Of a DNA stretch of 62,294 nucleotides, positions 53,367 to 61,558 are shown one piece after another; the stretch's first letter is position 1; every line of letters begins with the position of its first letter. Made by a program: the position numbers and the translations under genes. The notes beneath the pieces are model-generated. The model saw only the letters and a program-made list of their open reading frames with translations, had not been told where the DNA came from and did no database searches. The stretch is from a virus (taxonomy: Duplodnaviria; Caudoviricetes). The stretch lies in the IMG/VR virus record IMGVR_UViG_3300028608_000014, positions 1 through 62,294 of that record, one strand, 5' to 3'.

Positions 53367-53434
53367 AAAAAAAAAAATCCCCTCCCAGGAGCACCAGGAG
53401 GGGATTTTCGCTGCAACAGCTCTACACAGGAGCC
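53367..53434 (-). ncRNA. Candidate anti-RBS small RNA B / terminator
   Basis: 12-bp stem with UGGUGCUCCUG loop, U11 tail, 5' GCUCCUGUGUAG. Confidence 0.5.
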
Positions 53435-53442
53435 ACTCTAGC

Positions 53443-53664
53443 CTATTCCGGCTCCAGATACCGCCCGCCGACGCTCATTTCCTCGCCGTAGGAGGGGACG
53501 GGCGTGTCCAGGCGTACCAGATACATCTCACGAGGCCCCGGAGGCACCAGCACCACAGTTGCGCAGCTGCCTGCCGCAATAGTGAATACAGGGTCCGGGA
53601 GATCCGGCCAGTCCAGGCAGTACCGGACGCGCTCACCGGGGCCGAACCGCTTCTGATCCGTCAT
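53443..53664 (-). CDS. hypothetical protein (SH3-like pattern)
   Basis: AAGGAGCA RBS; FGPGERVR...YLVRLD. Confidence 0.7.
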   Translation of the reverse strand: MTDQKRFGPGERVRYCLDWPDLPDPVFTIAAGSCATVVLVPPGPREMYLVRLDTPVPSYGEEMSVGGRYLEPE

Positions 53665-53866
53665 TGCGCTGCTCCTTGTCGTTTGAGGGGCGGTAGGGGT
53701 TGGAAAAAGCGGCCTTGGCGTCCGCGCCGTAGGTGTGCTCGCGCTCGATGGCGGCCTCGCCGCCTTCATCCCACGCCTCGGCCATGAGTTTCCGGATCAC
53801 CGGCACGATGAGGCCCTGGCGGTCCTCCAGACCCTCGCAAATGCGATCTTTCAGGCTTTTCGCCAC
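53633..53866 (-). CDS. hypothetical protein (AWDEG...NPY motif)
   Basis: GTG after GGAGG. Confidence 0.65.
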   Translation of the reverse strand: MAKSLKDRICEGLEDRQGLIVPVIRKLMAEAWDEGGEAAIEREHTYGADAKAAFSNPYRPSNDKEQRNDGSEAVRPR

Positions 53867-54084
53867 GGCATTTCCTCCCTCAATGTGCCCTCCGCGATGT
53901 CCCACATGAGTTCCCAGCCCGAATCGGTCCACCTGTAGGCCTTCACAGGGGTGGAAAGCGCCTCATCCCGGAGCCGGAACAGCACCGCCTTCTTGGTCTG
54001 TCCGAGATTCGCATGGGCCTTCTGGCGGGGCACACGGTCGGGAACGATGGTCAGATAGGGCATGATTTCCGGCTTTTCGGTCAC
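53851..54084 (-). CDS. hypothetical protein
   Basis: 77 aa, operon packing. Confidence 0.7.
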   Translation of the reverse strand: MTEKPEIMPYLTIVPDRVPRQKAHANLGQTKKAVLFRLRDEALSTPVKAYRWTDSGWELMWDIAEGTLREEMPWRKA

Positions 54085-54218
54085 AGGAACAGCCTTTCTA
54101 TCCGCTGATCGGCCCTTTTCCAGGCCCGGGAGCCTCTTTCGAGCCGTTCCCGGGCGTCCAGCGCCCGGATGGCCCGGTAGTGCCAGATGGTGCCTTGAAT
54201 GCGTCTCCAGAGCCTCAT
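54081..54218 (-). CDS. small basic protein
   Basis: GAGGAGG RBS; overlaps neighbours. Confidence 0.6.
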   Translation of the reverse strand: MRLWRRIQGTIWHYRAIRALDARERLERGSRAWKRADQRIERLFL

Positions 54219-54682
54219 GCGGCCTCCTCTTTCCGGTGATTGGAGTGGATCGCCCTGTCGTTGCCCCACCACAGCACCGGGGCCTCCAGGTACACGATGC
54301 GCGGGAGCTTCATCACGGTGATCCTCTCGTTGCTCATCGTGATGTGCGGGATGAAGCCGTGGTCGTCGGAGGGCGGGATGCCGAGGTTGGTCAGGTGCTC
54401 CGCCATGACGTCGCGGGTGTAGCGCAGGTGCGGGCTGAACATGCTGTAGAGCCGCAGCACCGGGACGTCCTTGTTCGCCCCGAACCAATCGATGGAGGCC
54501 TGCAGGCTGACGGGGCCGGGGGCGATGTCGCGGAAGGCGGCCACGACGTCCTGGACATCGCCGCGCCCGTAATCCGCGTCCGTCGTTTTGCCCAGGAACA
54601 GGGCGGTGACGTGCAGCTCGGGGTCCGTGGAGCCCTCGAACCAGGCCGGCCAGACGACGCAGATGCTCTTGTGCTCGCTCAT
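54215..54682 (-). CDS. 2H phosphoesterase (LigT / 2'-5' RNA ligase / Acb1-like)
   Basis: Two HxT motifs: LHVTALFL and FIPHITM. Confidence 0.85.
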   Translation of the reverse strand: MSEHKSICVVWPAWFEGSTDPELHVTALFLGKTTDADYGRGDVQDVVAAFRDIAPGPVSLQASIDWFGANKDVPVLRLYSMFSPHLRYTRDVMAEHLTNLGIPPSDDHGFIPHITMSNERITVMKLPRIVYLEAPVLWWGNDRAIHSNHRKEEAA

Positions 54683-54855
54683 GCCGCTGCCCCGTTCCGC
54701 AGGTAGCTCTCGAAGTCCCTGGCCACATCCAGCGTCCATTCCCGGCTGGCCTTGCCCTGTCCCAGCTGGACGGCGGCGTTCAGGGCGGTGGCCCGGATCT
54801 CCAGATCCGTCCGTATGGCCGAGGGGACGGTGATCTCACCGTCTACGCGGTTCAC
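54679..54855 (-). CDS. small hypothetical protein (58 aa)
   Basis: GTGA and ATGA overlaps fill the gap exactly; not in the supplied ORF track. Confidence 0.6.
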   Translation of the reverse strand: MNRVDGEITVPSAIRTDLEIRATALNAAVQLGQGKASREWTLDVARDFESYLRNGAAA

Positions 54856-55097
54856 TGCAGGCCCAGCCGTTCATTGACCTGCTTCAGCATCGACTCCGCC
54901 CTTTCAGGCAGGAGGCCATAGGTCACCTCACCGTGTGTGACGTCTCCCGAGGTGTAGAGGGCGATCAGGCTGGCGGTGCGCTGCTCGTAGGCGAGGGCGA
55001 GCGTGGCCTGCGCCTGGGCGTAGGAGGCGGCGTCGATTTCCTGGTAGGTGGCCTCATCGAAGTGCGGATTGCCGGGCAGGGATTGCTGCTGGTTCAT
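54852..55097 (-). CDS. hypothetical protein
   Basis: CTACACACTTCAAGGAGCAC RBS. Confidence 0.75.
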   Translation of the reverse strand: MNQQQSLPGNPHFDEATYQEIDAASYAQAQATLALAYEQRTASLIALYTSGDVTHGEVTYGLLPERAESMLKQVNERLGLQ

Positions 55098-55170
55098 TGG
55101 GTGCTCCTTGAAGTGTGTAGGTCTGTAAGAACAGACTACACATCCATCGATTACAAGGCCACCCTTGGGG

Positions 55171-55518
55171 TCACGGTTTTTCGGTGCCCAGGCCCTCCCG
55201 GATCAGCGTCTGCTGGACGGGCTCCGCCGAGCCCAGCGGGGACACGGTGCCCAGGTACCGGGTGAAGGAGCGGCCGTTCTGGATGGCGAGGGGCACCGGG
55301 GACTTGCGGGTGTCGCAGAAGACCATGCTGTCCGGCGGGCACAGCTGCTCGGCGCGGGCTTTGGCCTCCGGCCCGCCCGGGTCATCGATTTCGGGGCAGT
55401 ACAGCGCGATGAGCCGGATGTGCTGGATGCACCAGTCATCGAAGCCCTTGTCGATGAACAGGACCACCGTGTCCCCGTCAATCCAGCGGATCACCCGGGC
55501 CTTGTAGTCGTACACCAT
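55171..55518 (-). CDS. thermonuclease (staphylococcal nuclease family)
   Basis: IDGDTV...IRL..LYCPE...RYLG. Confidence 0.85.
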   Translation of the reverse strand: MVYDYKARVIRWIDGDTVVLFIDKGFDDWCIQHIRLIALYCPEIDDPGGPEAKARAEQLCPPDSMVFCDTRKSPVPLAIQNGRSFTRYLGTVSPLGSAEPVQQTLIREGLGTEKP

Positions 55519-55551
55519 GCCCCCTGTACATAAAGTCTGCTGAACAACAGA

Positions 55552-55995
55552 CTACAGGGGGCGGCGGATCTGCCACGGCTTCTTCACCCGGTGCCGCCTG
55601 CGCACTGGGGCCAGGCCCAGCACCTCCCGGCGCTGGTAGACGCTGCCCAGGGAACGCCCCAGGGCCATCGCAATGGCCTCATAGCCCACGACGTCCACGT
55701 TGTCGCGCAGGAATCTGTCGTCCTCGGCAGTCCACCGCATGCGGGTGTTGGTCTGCAGGTTCATCGGCGGCCTCGGGGCCGGCACACCGATGCCGCGCTC
55801 CTCCCGGTCCCGCTTCTTCCTGGCGTTGTGGCACTTGTGGCAGTGCTTGCGGCGGGCTCCGTTGCCGGAGATGACGGGGAAGGAGGGGCCGTCGGCCAGT
55901 TCGCCGCAGGAGCCGCAGGTGCGGGCCACCAGGGTCCGCCCGGCGGGCGAGAACGGGCTGTTCGGACCCTTGCTGGGCAGCGGCTTAGCCGTCAT
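55552..55995 (-). CDS. zinc-finger plus Myb/SANT-like DNA-binding protein
   Basis: CGSC...CHKC; RWTAEDDRFL...IAMALGRSLGSV. Confidence 0.8.
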   Translation of the reverse strand: MTAKPLPSKGPNSPFSPAGRTLVARTCGSCGELADGPSFPVISGNGARRKHCHKCHNARKKRDREERGIGVPAPRPPMNLQTNTRMRWTAEDDRFLRDNVDVVGYEAIAMALGRSLGSVYQRREVLGLAPVRRRHRVKKPWQIRRPL

Positions 55996-56104
55996 GGCTG
56001 CAGCCGCAGGCAACAACGAGGTCAGCTGCCCGGTCCAGGGCGTAGCCGACGCAGCTGGCGTGCCTGCCGGCCCGGCATTCCGGGCACAGCGGCCGGGCAG
56101 TCAC
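55985..56104 (-). CDS. small Cys-rich peptide (CPEC..GRH..C)
   Basis: GTGA overlap; Zn-binding pattern. Confidence 0.6.
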   Translation of the reverse strand: MTARPLCPECRAGRHASCVGYALDRAADLVVACGCSHDG

Positions 56105-56226
56105 GAGCGCGCCTTGTGGTGCCAGCGCCCGTCTTCCTCGCTGTAGTGAACCCACTGCCTGCAGTACCCGCACTGGTAGCGGTGGAACTCCTGGATGTAC
56201 TGCGGGCTGACGGGGTGCTCCCTCAT
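56101..56226 (-). CDS. small Cys/His peptide (CGYC...WHH)
   Basis: GGAGG RBS; overlaps neighbours. Confidence 0.55.
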   Translation of the reverse strand: MREHPVSPQYIQEFHRYQCGYCRQWVHYSEEDGRWHHKARS

Positions 56227-56375
56227 CCCCCGGCCTCCTTTTCCGCCTCATCCAGCACCTTCCCGATGATGCGCACGCCCATCGGCGTGATGTCATCCGG
56301 GCTGATGAGCCGCAGCGCGGCCCGCAGCCGGGCGATGAGCGCCGTCATTCCGCTGTCATCCGGTGGCTGTGGCAT
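56223..56375 (-). CDS. small hypothetical protein
   Basis: TGATG overlap. Confidence 0.55.
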   Translation of the reverse strand: MPQPPDDSGMTALIARLRAALRLISPDDITPMGVRIIGKVLDEAEKEAGG

Positions 56376-56701
56376 CACAGGACGTGGAAGGCCCGCAGCA
56401 GCGTCCACGCGCAGACCACCATGTTCAGGGCGAACGCGGCCATCGAGCCCCGGAACAGCCTGCGGCTGATGCGCCGGTATCGCAGGACTTCCTCATCCGA
56501 GTACCAGGGGTGGTCTTTGAGCTGTGGCAGGCCCCCGTCCACCTGCGAGACGTTGAGCAGCCCGCCCCGGATGCCGGGGGCCTGGACCATGCACTTGTCC
56601 GTGTGGCCGGGTTTGAGCAGGCACGGGCCGAGGGCGTCGAAGGGCGGGTCCAGCAGCTTCCCGCAGGTCTTGATGCCGTACTGCGGCAGGTCCGTGCTCA
56701 T
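56375..56701 (-). CDS. membrane protein with a C-terminal TM segment
   Basis: GGGGGAG RBS; hydrophobic C-terminus. Confidence 0.7.
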   Translation of the reverse strand: MSTDLPQYGIKTCGKLLDPPFDALGPCLLKPGHTDKCMVQAPGIRGGLLNVSQVDGGLPQLKDHPWYSDEEVLRYRRISRRLFRGSMAAFALNMVVCAWTLLRAFHVL

Positions 56702-56808
56702 GCTCTCCCCCGGGGTAAGTGTGTGGTGATGTCCGGGGCTGCGCCGTAGTCGGCTGGGGGGACAACAGCAGCGCAGCCCCGGACACCGGAAATAACCCTA
56801 GCAGGAAA

Positions 56809-56852
56809 CTTGAGCCAATCCTGAGCCAATCCTGATGACGTCCTGAGCCTGC
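56809..56852. repeat. Four 11-bp tandem repeats, CYTGAGCCAAT-like
   Basis: CTTGAGCCAAT CCTGAGCCAAT CCTGATGACGT CCTGAGCCTGC in a divergent intergenic region. Confidence 0.7.
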
Positions 56853-56903
56853 CGTGTTACCGAAGGGTGCCCTTGACCTGCGGTTACACCATAAGCTGGG
56901 GGC

Positions 56904-57242
56904 ATGGACTTGTTTTTTGACCGGCAGGGGACGCCGATCAGCCTGGAGCGCTGGGCTGCCCTCATGGGGCGGCAGGACCGCCATGTCGGGCTCACCGATC
57001 TGGGCGCGCTCGGGAGGGTCTCCACCGTGTGGCTGGGCCTGAACCACGCCTGGGGCGACGGTCCCCCGCTGATCTTCGAGACCATGATCTTCGGCGGCCC
57101 GATGGACCAGTACCAGGAGCGCTACAGCACCGAGGAGCAGGCCGCCATCGGGCACGGGTTCGCCGTGCAGGCCCTCATGTACTACCGGCCGGAGGCCAAA
57201 CGGCCGCCACTGATCCAAAACGGAAGGAAACCCCGAAAATGA
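56904..57242 (+). CDS. hypothetical protein (VSTVWLGLNH...PLIFETMIF motif)
   Basis: Leaderless -10 TAAGCT; 112 aa. Confidence 0.8.
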   Translation: MDLFFDRQGTPISLERWAALMGRQDRHVGLTDLGALGRVSTVWLGLNHAWGDGPPLIFETMIFGGPMDQYQERYSTEEQAAIGHGFAVQALMYYRPEAKRPPLIQNGRKPRK

Positions 57243-57475
57243 GCGCACGAGTGCTGCTGGAAGTCACCGCCGGACTCATCCCGGAGCGGCCGGAGCCAGA
57301 GCTGACGAGACAGTGGGCGATCACCAGCGCGGAGTGGCAGGAGGCCCAGCAGACCGAGAGCGGGCAGGGATTCCTGCTGTCCACCCGCAACGGCCAGGCG
57401 CAGGGCTACGCCGCCTTCCTCATGATGCAGCCTGACCGCGTGAACTGGGTGCGGACGGACTGGATCTGGCTGTGA
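57239..57475 (+). CDS. hypothetical protein
   Basis: GGAAGG RBS; ATGA overlap. Confidence 0.7.
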   Translation: MSARVLLEVTAGLIPERPEPELTRQWAITSAEWQEAQQTESGQGFLLSTRNGQAQGYAAFLMMQPDRVNWVRTDWIWL

Positions 57476-57681
57476 GCATGGAGCTGACCTTCGCCACCGA
57501 CGCGCGGTTTGGGTTTCTGGAGCCTGATGACAACGTGCTGGCGCTCGATCCGCTGCAGCCGGGCCAGGAGGCCCTGTTCATCACCAGCCAGGACTTCGAG
57601 GGCGTGACCCTCATCGGCACACCGGAGGAGCTGCGGGGCTTCGCGGCGGCACTCGACGGCTTCCTGAAGGCCACCTTATGA
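57472..57681 (+). CDS. hypothetical protein
   Basis: Overlapping operon gene. Confidence 0.65.
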   Translation: MSMELTFATDARFGFLEPDDNVLALDPLQPGQEALFITSQDFEGVTLIGTPEELRGFAAALDGFLKATL

Positions 57682-57857
57682 GCGACGGGACGCACCCGGC
57701 CGTGCAGGCCGCCGCAGAACAGGTCCAGGCCGCCTGGATCAACCCCGGAGCCTCGGTCCTGACCCACATCCAGGCGCAGATCAGGCTGGCCGACGAATGG
57801 CCCACCCTGGCCCACGCCGTCATCCGGCTCTCCGACGTCCTGGACGGGGTGGAATGA
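57678..57857 (+). CDS. hypothetical protein (59 aa)
   Basis: ATGA overlaps at both ends; not in the supplied ORF track. Confidence 0.6.
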   Translation: MSDGTHPAVQAAAEQVQAAWINPGASVLTHIQAQIRLADEWPTLAHAVIRLSDVLDGVE

Positions 57858-58258
57858 CCGCCCCGGAGCATCCCGGTGCCCGGCTAAAACTGGAACTGGA
57901 GAAGCGGAGCTGGGCGCAGAAAGAGCTGGTGGAGATCCTGGAGCGCCCGGCGCAGATGGTCAGCGAGATCATCGGCGGCAAAAAGGAGATCACCAGGCAG
58001 ACAGCGGCGCAGCTCGCGGCTGCCCTGGACACCGAGCCGGAGTTTTGGCTGGTCCTGCAGGACAACTGGGCGCTGCACCACCTGACAAACGATGCGGCCT
58101 TCCAGAAGTCGCTGGAGGAGATCCGGGCCCGCGCAGAGGAGATGGCCAACAGACCGCCCCGGCACAACCACCGCGCCTCCCGGGACATCAAGCCGCAGGG
58201 TGAGTGCCCGGCCTGCGATGTGTATTGGGATGGCCTGAAGGCAAGGGGGATGGCATGA
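57854..58258 (+). CDS. HigA-like XRE antitoxin-type regulator with a C-terminal H-x-H...CPAC module
   Basis: HPG..LK.EL....WAQKEL...VSEII.GK..IT...A..LA.AL...EFWL.LQ. Confidence 0.85.
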   Translation: MTAPEHPGARLKLELEKRSWAQKELVEILERPAQMVSEIIGGKKEITRQTAAQLAAALDTEPEFWLVLQDNWALHHLTNDAAFQKSLEEIRARAEEMANRPPRHNHRASRDIKPQGECPACDVYWDGLKARGMA

Positions 58259-58485
58259 ACTGGTTCGGGGAGCCCTGGCCCAGCGCCACGCTGCGCGCCC
58301 CCGTCTGCGAGGATGACGCGCTGCGGGTGCCGCCCCCGCCCGCCGGGGAACTGTGCGTGATGTGCGGGAACCGTTTCGCGGCCGGGGACCGGGGCATCCT
58401 GCTGCCGCACGTCAACGGCACCCGGCAGGTCTCGATGCGCTACCTGCACCTGGAATGCCTGCTCGGCAACGTCGGCGTGTCCTGA
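58255..58485 (+). CDS. small zinc-finger protein (CVMC...H.EC)
   Basis: ATGA overlap. Confidence 0.7.
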   Translation: MNWFGEPWPSATLRAPVCEDDALRVPPPPAGELCVMCGNRFAAGDRGILLPHVNGTRQVSMRYLHLECLLGNVGVS

Positions 58486-58709
58486 TGCGGCGGCACACGG
58501 TGGCCGACATCGGGGAACTGCAGGCCCTGATCCGGTGGGAACTGCGGGCGCAGGGCAGGACGCAGACGGCGATGGCCGAGCACCTGGGCTTCAGCCAGAA
58601 GCACGTCAGCCAGATGCTCACCGGCAGGACCAGCATCTCGCTGGCGAACCTGTTCGAGATCTGCGCCTACCTCGGGCTGTCCGTGACGATTGACCCTGCG
58701 GCGAAATAG
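58485..58709 (+). CDS. XRE-family HTH regulator
   Basis: GRTQTAMAEHLGFSQKHVSQML.G. Confidence 0.85.
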   Translation: MRRHTVADIGELQALIRWELRAQGRTQTAMAEHLGFSQKHVSQMLTGRTSISLANLFEICAYLGLSVTIDPAAK

Positions 58710-58747
58710 CCGCGATTCACTTGATCCATGCCCCGCACGGAATGCTC

Positions 58748-59077
58748 TCACTGCTCCGGGGCCAGTTTCCCCTCCCGGTACAGGGCGTGCTTGTGCCGGC
58801 GGTGCTCCCGGATCGCCGCGGCGTGCTTCTCCGGGTCATAGTAGCGCCCGTCCCTGCGGCGCTCGGCGTACTGCGCCTTGGCCCGGGCCTCCTTCTCCGG
58901 GTCCAGGATGAACGAGATGAGCCGCCGCGAGACCCCGAAGTGCTCCGCGAGCCGGCGCTGGGACGCACCTAACGCGTGCTGGGTCCGGATCTCCTCGCGC
59001 TGGGCGTCGCTGAGCTTGCGCCGCCGGTCGTCGGCGGGCCGGATGTACTGGCCGGGCTTCTCGGACTTGTAGGGCAT
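58748..59077 (-). CDS. HTH DNA-binding protein
   Basis: RRKLSDAQREEIR...ASQRRLAEHFGVSRRLI. Confidence 0.85.
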   Translation of the reverse strand: MPYKSEKPGQYIRPADDRRRKLSDAQREEIRTQHALGASQRRLAEHFGVSRRLISFILDPEKEARAKAQYAERRRDGRYYDPEKHAAAIREHRRHKHALYREGKLAPEQ

Positions 59078-59322
59078 CAGCCCTCCGGCTCTACGCCGAG
59101 CCGCCAGGGTTCCTCGGCGTAGAGCCGGAGCGCGGCGACGTACTGCTGCCGCAGTTTCGGCGGCTGCAGCTCCAGGGCGTCCGCTGCTTCCCGCAACGCC
59201 TGCGCCGCGAGGTGCGGTGCCGCGGCTTCGAGGGCGGAGCGCATGTACTTCCTGGAGACACTCACTCCCATATTGTCGAGCTGCCCGCGGGCTTCCTCTA
59301 CCGCTTCGTCGGAAATGTCCAT
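59077..59322 (-). CDS. hypothetical protein
   Basis: 81 aa; TGATG overlap. Confidence 0.7.
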   Translation of the reverse strand: MDISDEAVEEARGQLDNMGVSVSRKYMRSALEAAAPHLAAQALREAADALELQPPKLRQQYVAALRLYAEEPWRLGVEPEG

Positions 59323-59339
59323 AGGTGAATATTACACGC

Positions 59340-60002
59340 CTATGCCGCCTCGGCGTCCTCGGCCGTCAGATACTCCAGCACCTGCGCCCCGAGGTACTGC
59401 GTGTACGCCGGCGGGATGGATTCCCGCAGCCCGTCCCGGGTCATCCAGTCGATGCCCATGGCTGCCTTGGCCTTCTCCACGCCGGAAAAGTTTCCGACAA
59501 CGTGCATCATCTCGCCGTCCACGGGCCTGCGGCCCATCTTGGTGGTCCGGGTGGTGTGTTCCGGGTGAGCCGGGGCAACCAGCGGCAGGCTGGACTCGAA
59601 CAGGCGGTGCCGGTAGGTGCCGAGCCCGAACATGGCCCCGCACAGCTCGATGGGCTCGACCAGCGGGGCCCCGGGCACGTTCTCGATGATGTAGGGCACA
59701 CCGAGGAAGTCCAGCAGCTCGCGGGTGGGCCCGATGAGGTCGGGGTGGTCGTTGGCCATGATCTTCTGCGCGTTCGTGTGGGCCTGGCACGGCGGGGAGG
59801 CGTGCACCGCGTCGTATTCGTGTCCGTGCCGGCGCAGGAACTCCAGCGCATCGCCCTGGTGGAACGTGAACGGGTAGCGGGGCTGGGGGAACAGGTCCAC
59901 GCCGGTCACCTCGAAGCCTGCGAGGTGGTAGCCCATTCCGGCACCGCCCTGGCAGCAGAACAGATCCAGGAGCCTCCGGCGGGCAAAAGGGCTGGCATCC
60001 AT
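59340..60002 (-). CDS. short DNA cytosine-5 methyltransferase
   Basis: LDLFCCQGG (motif I), ASPPCQ (IV), IENV (VI), RHRLF (VIII), ESIPP (X); AAGGAG RBS. Confidence 0.88.
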   Translation of the reverse strand: MDASPFARRRLLDLFCCQGGAGMGYHLAGFEVTGVDLFPQPRYPFTFHQGDALEFLRRHGHEYDAVHASPPCQAHTNAQKIMANDHPDLIGPTRELLDFLGVPYIIENVPGAPLVEPIELCGAMFGLGTYRHRLFESSLPLVAPAHPEHTTRTTKMGRRPVDGEMMHVVGNFSGVEKAKAAMGIDWMTRDGLRESIPPAYTQYLGAQVLEYLTAEDAEAA

Positions 60003-60123
60003 GGGGCTCCTTGGTCTGTTGGCCTGTACTGGGAGTCTACCAGGGCATAACGACACAGGTGTTGTACAAGGGGGCCCTTGCCCTGCGTATATATGCAGCG
60101 CCCGGTTTTTCAGGGGGAGGGGT

Positions 60124-60423
60124 TTGTCCACAGGCTGTGGAAAATGATCCAGGCATTCAAGCGGACTTGAATCGTGGCCGGCGCGTTCAAGTGAAGCGGC
60201 ATTTGACTAGAAAATGTGGATAACTTTGTCGCCCTGCGGAAAAAGTGCCGCGCGGTGAAAGTTTGTCGAAGATTTGGCCAGCGCCCCCTGGCCGGCCGCG
60301 CAAAACTGATTCAGGCCTACCGTTTATTTGTTGCCTGCCATGCAACTAAGAGTCAGCTCTCATGCCGGGCTGCAGTGCATAGTGATACATATTCCTGTAT
60401 AAAAATTCCGCCGATAATCCACA
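60124..60423. promoter_or_regulatory. DnaA-box cluster
   Basis: TTGTCCACA 60124, TGTGGAAAA 60136, TGTGGATAA 60215, TAATCCACA 60415. Confidence 0.6.
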
Positions 60424-60976
60424 TTATGTCAACCTGTAAATTATCGCTGTATATATACAGCCCTGCAGGGTCAGGGGTTACAGGGCCCTGTTTACCAATA
60501 CAAACAACAGCACAAAAATTTTCCCATTTTCCAGGAAAGCCCTGTGCGCGTTTCTCCGGCCCTGTGACTGCCGTTAGCTATCACCATACCACCATGGCCC
60601 CGGCGTGCCTGCAGCGGCCCGCGTAGGGCCTGCCGCGGGCATGAGGGGGACACTACGCCCATAGGGCAGGGCAGGGGGGACACCCTACAGGCATAGGGGC
60701 CGGGGGAATGCGTTAGGCATGGGCGGATATGGTACTGCAGGGGCCGTTTTTGCAGGCCCTAGCCTAGATCCCCCTATGCCCCTGTAGATCTTTATTTTTT
60801 TCTACAGACATACATACCTAAAGGGGGTTAGGGGCAGGGGCTCGCGCATTACGGCGTGTCTGTAACGCATTCCCGTATGCCTTACACATTCCTCCGGCCT
60901 GTCTCCCCTGCCTTCCCCCTATGTTCCGCATTCCTTACACCCTACGCACATGACACCCCCTCACGAGGGGCACAAC

Positions 60977-61008
60977 AAAACACCCCCTGCAGGTGTCTGC
61001 AGGGGGTG
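60977..61008 (-). terminator. Terminator of the right-arm operon
   Basis: CACCCCCTGCAG-N4-CTGCAGGGGGTG followed by TTTTG. Confidence 0.75.
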
Positions 61009-61035
61009 CATGGGGGGTGCAATGGGGGGTGCTGT

Positions 61036-61389
61036 CTACGGGTTCAATTCCCGATATTTTGCCGCTACGGCGCGCGCCACGTCCGCTACGGGTGTCCCCG
61101 GTTCAATGTCCCATGATGGCGGGTCACTGTCCCTAGGCTCACCCTCACGGGTGAGAGTGTCGGGGCCGTAATACAGGTCTTCCGTGGTGAAACTGGACAG
61201 ATGCGGATAGGTCCAGTCATAGCTACCGGGGCCGATTAGCAACGGCTCACTACAGCCGGGGCCGTTGTCCACCATGAGGGCGGCCGTCCCCCCGCCCATT
61301 TGTTCCACCGTGGCAGTCAGGCCTTCCGCCTGCAGGGCGGTAATCAGCTCGCGCGCCTGAAACGTGCAATCCATGTCTTCAGTGTCCAT
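61036..61389 (-). CDS. hypothetical acidic early protein
   Basis: ACGGAAGGCTAGG RBS. Confidence 0.75.
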   Translation of the reverse strand: MDTEDMDCTFQARELITALQAEGLTATVEQMGGGTAALMVDNGPGCSEPLLIGPGSYDWTYPHLSSFTTEDLYYGPDTLTREGEPRDSDPPSWDIEPGTPVADVARAVAAKYRELNP

Positions 61390-61393
61390 TGTC

Positions 61394-61546
61394 CTAGCCT
61401 TCCGTAATGCGGCAGACAGTCGCCGCCTTGAGATCTTTCATGGTGTGGAGATAGTAGCGGCGACGTGCGCGAGCTTCGGCCCGACTCGTGCAATACATGC
61501 GTTCTACGGTGCCGTTATCGAACGTGAGCAAGACAAACCATTCCAT
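61394..61546 (-). CDS. small hypothetical protein (50 aa, MEWFVLL...)
   Basis: AAGGGG RBS; fills the gap; ends in TEG like other arm genes. Confidence 0.6.
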   Translation of the reverse strand: MEWFVLLTFDNGTVERMYCTSRAEARARRRYYLHTMKDLKAATVCRITEG

Positions 61547-61558
61547 GACGTTTCCCCT

